A stretch of 64,000 nt of DNA, taken from contig CANQZC010000004.1 of the NCBI GenBank assembly GCA_947628235.1, forward strand, positions 12,314-76,313, written 5' to 3'. This stretch comes from an uncultured Bacilli bacterium. GTDB taxonomy: Bacteria; Bacillota_I; Bacilli_A; RF39; UBA660. Each line of letters begins with the position of its first letter. Positions within the stretch are counted from its first letter, which is position 1. The notes under the pieces are model-generated. The model worked only from the letters and a program-made list of their open reading frames with translations. It was not told the origin of the DNA and made no database searches. This document shows, piece after piece, positions 10,414-17,937 of this stretch. Position numbers and translations under genes: made by a program.

Positions 10414-11319
10414 ATGAGTGTAACAGTAATCTTTTTTATCTGCTCTGTTATTGTTATCTTCATCTTAGTCTATAGAAGTGCGAATGGAGAAAATGTATAC
10501 AAATATGTAAGTGATAGAACAGCTTTTATCTATGATCGATTTGCACCTTATTCTTTTAAGACGATTCGTGACAAGGTAAAAGATTTAGGACAAGAATATA
10601 CGACGCACCAATACATTGTACAAGTTGTCAGTTTTGCTTTAGGTGCAGCAGTAATTTCTTACTTATATTTCTATAACTTAATTATTTCTGTCATTTATGC
10701 TATTATTGCTGTTTGCTTTATTCCTTATTTGACATATTTACGGTGTAAAAGAATTTACAGTGAATTTATTTTCGAGCAAATTCAAATTTACACAACTAAT
10801 ACAATTATGGAATTCGCAACAACACAATCTTTCGTTAAGGCACTAGAAGGTGTTTACGAATCTGGAGTACTTGAAGATCCTGTAAAGACAGATGTTAAAG
10901 TCATGATTGATATGTCTTATGAAAATGGTACAATTGATCAGTCTTTAAGTTTTATGAGTACTAAATATGACTTCTATATGGTAAAGAATATGCATCAATT
11001 GTTCTTACAAATTACGAATGAAGGTGCAAAGGATACTGCTGAGTCTCTAGAAAACATGTCACAGGATATCGATATGCTTGTTGAAAATGTATATCGAGAT
11101 AGACTAGACAGAGCTCAGTTTCATAAGAAGTTCTTACAATTTGGTATTATCTTATACTTTATGTGTATGTTACTTCAGTTCTTATTAGGATCTGAAACTT
11201 ATCTAGAAATGCTTGAGAGATGGTATGTACAATTGCTACTTCACGCGATTTTAATTGTTAATACTTTCTTCTTACTAAAAGGAGAAAAATACTATAATGA
11301 GAATGTAGGTGCGGAATAA
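10414..11319 (+). CDS. TadB-like (GspF-family) membrane protein
   Basis: Topology of an N-terminal TM, a cytoplasmic domain, then paired TMs. It sits directly after the CpaF-like ATPase and its stop overlaps the next start (TAATG). Confidence 0.45.
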   Translation: MSVTVIFFICSVIVIFILVYRSANGENVYKYVSDRTAFIYDRFAPYSFKTIRDKVKDLGQEYTTHQYIVQVVSFALGAAVISYLYFYNLIISVIYAIIAVCFIPYLTYLRCKRIYSEFIFEQIQIYTTNTIMEFATTQSFVKALEGVYESGVLEDPVKTDVKVMIDMSYENGTIDQSLSFMSTKYDFYMVKNMHQLFLQITNEGAKDTAESLENMSQDIDMLVENVYRDRLDRAQFHKKFLQFGIILYFMCMLLQFLLGSETYLEMLERWYVQLLLHAILIVNTFFLLKGEKYYNENVGAE

Positions 11320-12104
11320 TGGAATTTATAATTATTGCAGTTATTATTGTATTTATTTTGAACTATAACCGTGTAGTAGATACCAATCGGTTTGTTACCG
11401 ATACGGAACCATACTTTAGAGCATTGATGGAAGATGATTATGTTTTCTTACTTAATATTCGTTATCCAGGCCGTGATATTAATGTTAATGAATTATATGG
11501 AATTCGTGTAAGAAATGGTATTATTACGATTATTGCTTTAATCTTCTTATTCTTTAATCAATTATCTTTTATTTACATATTAATTGCTTTTATTGCTGGA
11601 TATCTAGTATTTAAAAGCCCATATAATTCTTTAAAATCTTATTACAAAGCAAATTTACACCATATTAACTTGATGCTTCCTTACTATTTAAAGAGTTTGG
11701 AAATCTTGGTACAACACTATACCGTACCAGTAGCATTAAGTAGAAGTATTGATACAGCTCCAGAAGTATTCAAGCCAGGACTACAAAGATTAGTAGCCAG
11801 AATTGATGCCGGAGATTCTAGTATTCAACCTTATATTGATTTTGCTAATGAATATCCAGTTCGTGATTCTATGCGTATGATGCGTTTGTTATATCGTTTA
11901 GGATTAGGATCTCAACAGGATAAGCACGAACAAGTTATGATGTTCTCTAGAACCGTTTCTGCTTTACAAAATAAGGCAAGAGAACAAAAATATAAGGAAC
12001 GCCTAGAAACCATGGAAAATCAAACCATGATTATGTTATTCTCTACTGGTGGTGGAGTTATGGGACTTATGTTACTATCTATGATGGTACTTATGACCTT
12101 TTAA
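11319..12104 (+). CDS. TadC-like (GspF-family) membrane protein
   Basis: Similar GspF-like topology; position in the gene order. Confidence 0.45.
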   Translation: MEFIIIAVIIVFILNYNRVVDTNRFVTDTEPYFRALMEDDYVFLLNIRYPGRDINVNELYGIRVRNGIITIIALIFLFFNQLSFIYILIAFIAGYLVFKSPYNSLKSYYKANLHHINLMLPYYLKSLEILVQHYTVPVALSRSIDTAPEVFKPGLQRLVARIDAGDSSIQPYIDFANEYPVRDSMRMMRLLYRLGLGSQQDKHEQVMMFSRTVSALQNKAREQKYKERLETMENQTMIMLFSTGGGVMGLMLLSMMVLMTF

Positions 12105-12114
12105 TCAAAATTTA

Positions 12115-12144
12115 TTGAAAAATAAAAAAGTAATGTGTTATAAT
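12115..12144 (+). promoter_or_regulatory. Sigma-A type promoter: TTGAAA, 18 nt spacer, TATAAT with an upstream TGT (extended -10)
   Basis: The hexamers can be read directly in the intergenic region upstream of the small pilin gene. Confidence 0.4.
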
Positions 12145-12171
12145 AATGTTAGAATGTAAGGTGGTGAGAGA

Positions 12172-12411
12172 ATGAAAGAAGCTGCAGGTGAAGCAAACTT
12201 AACTGTAGTTGCAATTATCTTAATTGCAGTAATCGTAGCAGTAGCTACCCCATTAATCAATAGTTTGATGAGAAGTTCAGCTAGAAGATCTTGCTGTACT
12301 GATGCCGGAGGTGTTTGGAAAAGCAACAACTGCATAGCAGCATCAAATGACAGAACTGGTCAATTCGACTCTGCTGGATATTCAAGCTGCGTATCAGAAG
12401 CTGGACAATAA
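12172..12411 (+). CDS. Small Flp/class-III-signal-peptide-like pilin candidate with a Cys-rich C-terminus
   Basis: A short charged leader MKEAAG is followed by a 25 aa hydrophobic helix. The protein is 79 aa and lies between TadC-like and TadE-like genes. It is noncanonical because the G/XXXXEY motif is absent. Confidence 0.4.
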   Translation: MKEAAGEANLTVVAIILIAVIVAVATPLINSLMRSSARRSCCTDAGGVWKSNNCIAASNDRTGQFDSAGYSSCVSEAGQ

Positions 12412-12444
12412 TCCGTTCATGTAAATTTATAGGAGGTAATAGCT

Positions 12445-12978
12445 ATGAGGGAAAGCATAGGGACTTCATTTATGTTAAATTTTATAGTTTTATTTATATT
12501 TTTAGTGTTTGCCTTCTTAGCTGGAACTTTTAGCTATTACAAGGCCTATAGAGTTAACAATTATATCGTTAACTCTCTTGAAATCTATGAAGGATATAAT
12601 GAATATTCAAAGGATCAAATGGATGTAGGACTAACTAGTATGGGATATGATATTACAACAAAGATAGATTGTCCAAGTACATGGGAAAACACGAGTCAAA
12701 GTTATTTGGCGCGTGAAAATGGAGAAATTGCTAAATTTAATGTAATAGGGCAAAGAGCTTTAGTGGATTTAAACCATCCAGACGAGGGATATTGCGTTTA
12801 TTTGTATTGGAATGATGATTCCACTCTTGCCGCAGACAATTCCTATGGATTGGAAACAACAGATGTTTACTATACTTATGGTGTCTTAACATACATGAAA
12901 TTTCGTTTTCCTGTCATTGAAAACATTTTGAGAATTCCTATATTTTCTAGAACCAATAGAATGTATTATTTTGGATAA
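12445..12978 (+). CDS. TadE/TadF-like pseudopilin candidate
   Basis: The MRESIG N-terminus plus a hydrophobic helix is paralogous to the ORFs at 7726 and 13000. Confidence 0.35.
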   Translation: MRESIGTSFMLNFIVLFIFLVFAFLAGTFSYYKAYRVNNYIVNSLEIYEGYNEYSKDQMDVGLTSMGYDITTKIDCPSTWENTSQSYLARENGEIAKFNVIGQRALVDLNHPDEGYCVYLYWNDDSTLAADNSYGLETTDVYYTYGVLTYMKFRFPVIENILRIPIFSRTNRMYYFG

Positions 12979-12999
12979 GTTAGAATGGGGTGAGCCTAG

Positions 13000-13473
13000 A
13001 TGCGTGAGGCAGTTGGAAATACTTTTATTGTAAATTTATTATTAGTCTTTTTAGGCGTTATGTCTGCTTTACTAATAGGATCTATTAGTTATTCTAAGGC
13101 GTTCAAAGTAAAAAATAGAATTATTTATATTATTGAAAAATATGGTGACTGGGATGTTACGGCAGGTGGAGAAAATTTGGTTCAAGCGGAAATAGAAGCT
13201 AACTTGAGAGATATTGGGTATCATTTAGCTTTAGCCAATAGAGAGTGTCCACCTAGAGACGGTGCTTTAACAAAATATGGTACCAATAGTACTACCACTA
13301 GTAGAACTACTTATCATTATTGCGTTTATGAGTATAACAATGAGAAAGGCCACTATTTTGGTGTGACATCATATATGCACTTTGATTTGCCTTTAATTGG
13401 AAATTATATTGAATTTCCTGTATATGGGGAGACTAAGTCATTGTATGATGTAGGTCAGCACTACAATAATTAA
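13000..13473 (+). CDS. TadE/TadF-like pseudopilin candidate
   Basis: The MREAVG N-terminus plus a hydrophobic helix. Confidence 0.35.
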   Translation: MREAVGNTFIVNLLLVFLGVMSALLIGSISYSKAFKVKNRIIYIIEKYGDWDVTAGGENLVQAEIEANLRDIGYHLALANRECPPRDGALTKYGTNSTTTSRTTYHYCVYEYNNEKGHYFGVTSYMHFDLPLIGNYIEFPVYGETKSLYDVGQHYNN

Positions 13474-13492
13474 CAAAGAAAGGTGATATTGC

Positions 13493-14467
13493 ATGAATGT
13501 TATCGTTTCTAATAAATATCAATTGATGCTAGAAAATCTAGGAATCGATGTTATTAAAAGTTTAAATGGGGAGTTTGAGGCTGATGAAATTATTAGCACT
13601 TTCCAAAACTTTTTTTATCAAAGAATGATTCTTGATATCACAGCGATTAAGGATTATAAGGATATTAGAAATCTTCAAAAATTATCTATAGCTTTACCTA
13701 TGGAAAAAGTAATTCTTTTACTAGATGATACAGAAGAAAGTACCTCTCCTGCTTATCTATCTAAGTTGATTTCTATGGGAATTTACAATTTTACAAGAAA
13801 TGTTGATGGAATTCAATATTTGTACAACCATCCAAATAGTTATCGTGATGTTGCACAATTCCATCAATTAGACGAAGTAGCTGTTGTTCCACAAATGCCA
13901 AATCAAGTTACACAAAATGTTGTTGTTCAAAATATTGGAACGGGTTATAGTGGAAGAATTATCGGTGTAAAAAATATTACCAAAAGTTCTGGCGCAACTA
14001 CATTAGTATATATGATGTATAATGAATTATCTAAGTACTATAATGTGGCAGCTATTGAAGTTGATAAAACCGATTTTACTTATTTAAAAACGCCAGGTCT
14101 TGTTTCTACTGTTAGTGGAAATGTAAATAGTGAAGTAGGTAAATATCGCGACTGTGATGCTATTATCATCGATGTCAATAACAGTGTTCAAGCAGAAGGA
14201 TTATGTAATGAAATCGTTTATTTGATTGAGCCTTCTGTTATCAAATTAAATCGTTTAACAATGGTAACTCCTCAAGTTTTACGAAATCTAAAGGATAAAA
14301 AGGTTGTATTAAATAAAAGTTTATTAAGTTCAAAAGATGTATTAGATTTTGAATATGAAGCAAGAATTAAAGTATTCTATAATCTTCCGCCTCTTGATGA
14401 ACGTGAAAAGAAAAATAAACCACTCGTTGAATTCTTAAATAAATTAGGTTTTGATCGAGTACAATAA
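13493..14467 (+). CDS. TadZ/CpaE-like protein with a receiver-like N-domain and a degenerate ParA/MinD P-loop
   Basis: The N-terminal 120 or so aa look receiver-like. The sequence GVKNITKSSGATTL occupies the place of the KGGVGKTT P-loop. The position matches that of tadZ. Confidence 0.35.
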   Translation: MNVIVSNKYQLMLENLGIDVIKSLNGEFEADEIISTFQNFFYQRMILDITAIKDYKDIRNLQKLSIALPMEKVILLLDDTEESTSPAYLSKLISMGIYNFTRNVDGIQYLYNHPNSYRDVAQFHQLDEVAVVPQMPNQVTQNVVVQNIGTGYSGRIIGVKNITKSSGATTLVYMMYNELSKYYNVAAIEVDKTDFTYLKTPGLVSTVSGNVNSEVGKYRDCDAIIIDVNNSVQAEGLCNEIVYLIEPSVIKLNRLTMVTPQVLRNLKDKKVVLNKSLLSSKDVLDFEYEARIKVFYNLPPLDEREKKNKPLVEFLNKLGFDRVQ

Positions 14468-14492
14468 CTTTAATATAATCAGAGGTGATATT

Positions 14493-15275
14493 ATGAGAAG
14501 TAAATTAACAAAAACTATTATTTTAATAGTTTTTGTCGTGTTTTTAGGGATAAAAAATGTAAGTGCTCTTACATGTACTTACTCAAGAAATGTTAGTGGT
14601 GAAGAACAAACATATACCATCAATTTAACTACTAAAGCGGTGACTTATACGTATTTTCGTATTCCTATGGCAGAACCTCAGACGACAAATAAGACGATGG
14701 TATTTTCTTTTACTACTTGTCCACCCTCTATTACTGTAACTGGAAACACCATTGCAGACGGCGGTAGTAGTGGAGATTATAAATTAAAAACTCCTACTTC
14801 GTCTTCCTCTTCCTCTTCAAATCTTGAGTATGGCGGAGGTGTTGGTCAGCTAACACACGAATCTAATGTAACTAATTGTGGAAGTATCACAGACATTCCA
14901 AGTGCTATTCCTAAAACAACAAAAATTATTTATATGTTTTTACAAGTTCTTATCCCTGTTATTTTAGTGATTATGGGAATGCTAGATTTAACAAAAGGTG
15001 TTATGTCTCAAAAAGAAGATGAGATAAAAAGAGGACAGCAAACTTTAGTAAAAAGATTGATTGCTGCGGCGATGGTCTTCTTTGTATTTGCACTTGTGAA
15101 AATGCTTGTTAGTTTTGTATCTGATGGTAATACTACTGTCACAGACTGCTTAAATTGCTTTATATCTGGCGAATGCGATGATACTGTTCCTCCTGTTGAA
15201 GGGGAAGAAAGTTCGTCTACTATGGTTCTTGAATGGAATGAAAGTTCAGATGCTCAGATTGCTATGGTAAGTTAG
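14493..15275 (+). CDS. Secreted hairpin-family protein P1 (VirB2/TrbC-like two-helix pilin-like domain) with a larger N-terminal region
   Basis: The ATG at 14493 follows a GAGGTGA RBS. It has a signal peptide and the conserved ...GMLDLTKGVMSQKEDEIKRGQQTLVKRLI... loop between two hydrophobic helices. A CG..I..IP motif and a C-terminal CLNCF complete the pattern. Confidence 0.6.
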   Translation: MRSKLTKTIILIVFVVFLGIKNVSALTCTYSRNVSGEEQTYTINLTTKAVTYTYFRIPMAEPQTTNKTMVFSFTTCPPSITVTGNTIADGGSSGDYKLKTPTSSSSSSSNLEYGGGVGQLTHESNVTNCGSITDIPSAIPKTTKIIYMFLQVLIPVILVIMGMLDLTKGVMSQKEDEIKRGQQTLVKRLIAAAMVFFVFALVKMLVSFVSDGNTTVTDCLNCFISGECDDTVPPVEGEESSSTMVLEWNESSDAQIAMVS

Positions 15276-15285
15276 GAGGACTAAT

Positions 15286-15813
15286 ATGAAAAAATTTTTT
15301 ACGATATTTCTTTTATTAGGAACTCTTTTGATAGTAATTGGAACCAGTCCTGTTCCTGTTTATGCAGATGAAGCTCCAGCATGGCTTAGTGGAGAGAAAG
15401 TTTCTTGTGGCAATATTCAAAATATTCCTAAAAAGGTTCCAGAATTTGTTAGTATGTTTATTTTAATAGCACAAGTAGTAGTACCTGTCTTACTAGTTTT
15501 ATTTGGTATGATAGATTTTGCGAAAGGTGTTATGTCTCAAAAAGAAGATGAAATCAAGAAGGGTCAACAAACTTTTATAAAAAGATTGTTGGTGGGTGCT
15601 ATCGTCTTCTTCGTCGTAGCGCTTGTCAAGATGCTTGTTAGTATTGTAGGAGATACGGATACTAATAAAGAAAATATTATTTCTTGTATCGATTGTTTTG
15701 TTAATGGAGTAGAAAACTGTGGAGGAACATCTTCTGGTGGAGGTGGAGGCGGTAATCCAGACCCAGGAAGAAATCCTACTGTAGATCGTTATCCAACTTA
15801 TGAACAAATTTAA
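15286..15813 (+). CDS. Secreted hairpin-family protein P2 with a Gly-rich C-terminal tail
   Basis: Signal peptide ending VYA; motif GMIDFAKGVMSQKEDEIKKGQQTFIKRLL; SCIDCFVNG. Confidence 0.6.
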   Translation: MKKFFTIFLLLGTLLIVIGTSPVPVYADEAPAWLSGEKVSCGNIQNIPKKVPEFVSMFILIAQVVVPVLLVLFGMIDFAKGVMSQKEDEIKKGQQTFIKRLLVGAIVFFVVALVKMLVSIVGDTDTNKENIISCIDCFVNGVENCGGTSSGGGGGGNPDPGRNPTVDRYPTYEQI

Positions 15814-15867
15814 CTACTTTTCAATTGATAAAAAAAATAGTATAATGACTTTGAAGGAGTGTATGTT

Positions 15868-16266
15868 ATGAAAAAGGAAAATTTAAGAATGCTAAGTTTA
15901 ATGAGCGTACTTTTTGTAGGTCTATTTGTACTGGCATCACCAGTTCATGCTCTTGAATGTGTTGGTGTAACAGTTGATGCTAATATTGTTAGAGTAGTTC
16001 ATTCTGTAATTGTATTAATTCAAATTGTAGCGCCAATCTTACTTGTTATTTTTGGTATGTTAGATTTAGCAAAAGGTGTTATGGCACAAAAAGAAGATGA
16101 AATCAAGAAGGGTCAACAAACTTTTATAAAAAGATTGATTACTGCAGCGATTATTTTCTTCGTTATAGCGCTTGTTAGAATGTTAGTAAGTTTTGTAACC
16201 GGTGATGGTTCTGATAGCGAGATTATGACATGTATTGATGCATTCATCAATGGTGAAAATTCGTAA
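15868..16266 (+). CDS. Secreted hairpin-family protein P3 (minimal pilin-like form)
   Basis: The ATG at 15868 lies 8 nt after GAAGGAG. It has a signal peptide ending VHA. Its motif GMLDLAKGVMAQKEDEIKKGQQTFIKRLI contains a 51-nt tract identical to P2. Confidence 0.6.
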   Translation: MKKENLRMLSLMSVLFVGLFVLASPVHALECVGVTVDANIVRVVHSVIVLIQIVAPILLVIFGMLDLAKGVMAQKEDEIKKGQQTFIKRLITAAIIFFVIALVRMLVSFVTGDGSDSEIMTCIDAFINGENS

Positions 16267-16283
16267 CTAGCAGGAGGTTACTA

Positions 16284-17381
16284 ATGGTAGAAAAATTAAA
16301 ACAACTGGATAAGAAGGTTTATATCATGGGAGGTATTGTGTTAGGAATAATTGTTCTCCTAATCATTCTCTTGGTAGTTATAAAAATTTTATCTGGTCCA
16401 GGCAAAAATTATAGTAAATTAGAAAAAAAATTATCTTCTGCAGCAGAAAGTTATTTAAAAGCTAATCCAGATTCTGTTCCTGCTGATGGGGAAAGTATTG
16501 AATTAGATTCAGCAACTTTAATTTCTGCTGGAAAGTTAAAAGAATTAAAAAAATATGTAGATGATGAGTGCACAGGTCGTGTTTTAGTTAGAAATAACGG
16601 TGGACTAGCCCAGTATTTACCACACTTAGATTGTACAAATTATACCACACAGCATCTTTATGATAAGGTCATTGAAGATAATCTTGTTGTTGATTCTGAA
16701 AATCCATATGAAGGTGGACTATATGAAGTTAACGGAGAATACATTTTCAAAGGGAAAAATGTTAATAACTATGTTTCTTTTGGTACTCTTACATGGAGAA
16801 TCATGAAAATCGATGAAAATGGCAACTTAAGACTTATTAAAACTAGTGCAGAAAAAGCGAAAAAGATATGGGATAATAAGTACAATTCAGATTTAGATAA
16901 AAATTATGGAATCAATGATTATGAAAATAGTTATCTTAGAGAGGTTCTAGACCAAAGTTACAAAGGAGTAACAGAAAAGAATCGTGCTCACATTATTCCA
17001 CATGATGTTTGTGTAGGAAAAAGAGCAAAAAACAATATGACTCTTTCTTATGATATTGATTGTGCAAGTATCTTAGAAAAACAATATATTAGTGTTATTA
17101 ATACTTTAGATTATCCAATGGCCAGTCTAGATGAAAATTGTAAAAAGGTAGGCGATGGTGCTTGTTCTAATTACAATTATCTAAATGGTACAATTAGTAC
17201 TAGTTGGACAAGTATTGGTGTTAGTGATAACTCTTATGAAGTATATGATATCAGTGCTGGTTATGTAAGTACTTTAAGAGCAAGACAAACCGTAAGTTAT
17301 AGTTGGGTTATCTATCTTAGCGGTCAAGAACTATATACAAAGGGTTCTGGAACTGCAGAAGATCCATATGTAATCCAATAG
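16284..17381 (+). CDS. Membrane-anchored extracytoplasmic protein (single N-terminal TM), unknown function; it is inserted within the hairpin-gene array
   Basis: Hydrophobic segment at residues 15-35, then a 330 aa hydrophilic domain containing Cys residues. Confidence 0.4.
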   Translation: MVEKLKQLDKKVYIMGGIVLGIIVLLIILLVVIKILSGPGKNYSKLEKKLSSAAESYLKANPDSVPADGESIELDSATLISAGKLKELKKYVDDECTGRVLVRNNGGLAQYLPHLDCTNYTTQHLYDKVIEDNLVVDSENPYEGGLYEVNGEYIFKGKNVNNYVSFGTLTWRIMKIDENGNLRLIKTSAEKAKKIWDNKYNSDLDKNYGINDYENSYLREVLDQSYKGVTEKNRAHIIPHDVCVGKRAKNNMTLSYDIDCASILEKQYISVINTLDYPMASLDENCKKVGDGACSNYNYLNGTISTSWTSIGVSDNSYEVYDISAGYVSTLRARQTVSYSWVIYLSGQELYTKGSGTAEDPYVIQ

Positions 17382-17387
17382 AGATTT

Positions 17388-17416
17388 ATTGACAAACAAA
17401 AATAGGTATAGTATAA
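17388..17416 (+). promoter_or_regulatory. Consensus sigma-A promoter: TTGACA, 17 nt spacer, TATAAT
   Basis: Perfect hexamers can be read directly. A GAGGAGG RBS lies 6 nt before the P4 ATG. Confidence 0.55.
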
Positions 17417-17441
17417 TTATTATAATTAGAGGAGGAAGAAA

Positions 17442-17831
17442 ATGTTACAAGTTTTAGCAAATATTGATACAAATTTAACTTACACTTGTGGAGACATTGG
17501 AATGAGTTTTAATGGGATGCTTCCATATGTTGTATCTATGATCGTTTTGATTATCAAGATCGTAGTACCAATTTTATTAATTATCTTTGGTATGTTAGAT
17601 TTGGCAAAAGCAGTTATGGCCCAAAAAGAGGATGAGATTAAGAAAGGTCAACAAACTTTCATTAAAAGACTTATTGCTGCTGTTATTGTATTCTTTGTAA
17701 TTACTATTGTTCAAATGATTATTAGTTTCGTATCAAATGATAATGATAGTATTGCAAGTTGCTTTAAATGCTTTGTTAACGGTGATGCTAGTGCATGTAC
17801 ACCAGATTCATCAACACAAGTTGGATTCTAG
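17442..17831 (+). CDS. Hairpin-family protein P4 with no cleavable N-terminal signal peptide; candidate major pilin-like subunit
   Basis: Motif GMLDLAKAVMAQKEDEIKKGQQTFIKRLI; SCFKCFVNG. It has its own consensus promoter upstream and two terminators downstream. Confidence 0.6.
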   Translation: MLQVLANIDTNLTYTCGDIGMSFNGMLPYVVSMIVLIIKIVVPILLIIFGMLDLAKAVMAQKEDEIKKGQQTFIKRLIAAVIVFFVITIVQMIISFVSNDNDSIASCFKCFVNGDASACTPDSSTQVGF

Positions 17832-17834
17832 TAT

Positions 17835-17866
17835 AAAAAAGATGCTCAACATCTTTTTTCTTTTAT
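17835..17866 (+). terminator. Rho-independent terminator (AAAAAGATG, loop CTCAA, CATCTTTTTT)
   Basis: A perfect hairpin followed by a T-run. A second A/T-rich hairpin at 17881..17908 is also followed by a T-run. A TGgTATAAT extended -10 at 17908..17916 follows. Confidence 0.55.
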
Positions 17867-17937
17867 TAAAGAATGATAGAAAAACTATTTATTAAATAGT
17901 TTTTTTTTGGTATAATAACATAGAAGGAGTAGCTTCT

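Noticed and set aside
12138-12335. 65-aa minus ORF opposite the small pilin gene
   Set aside because: It is antisense to a gene that has its own promoter and RBS. It has no RBS and its composition is low complexity.
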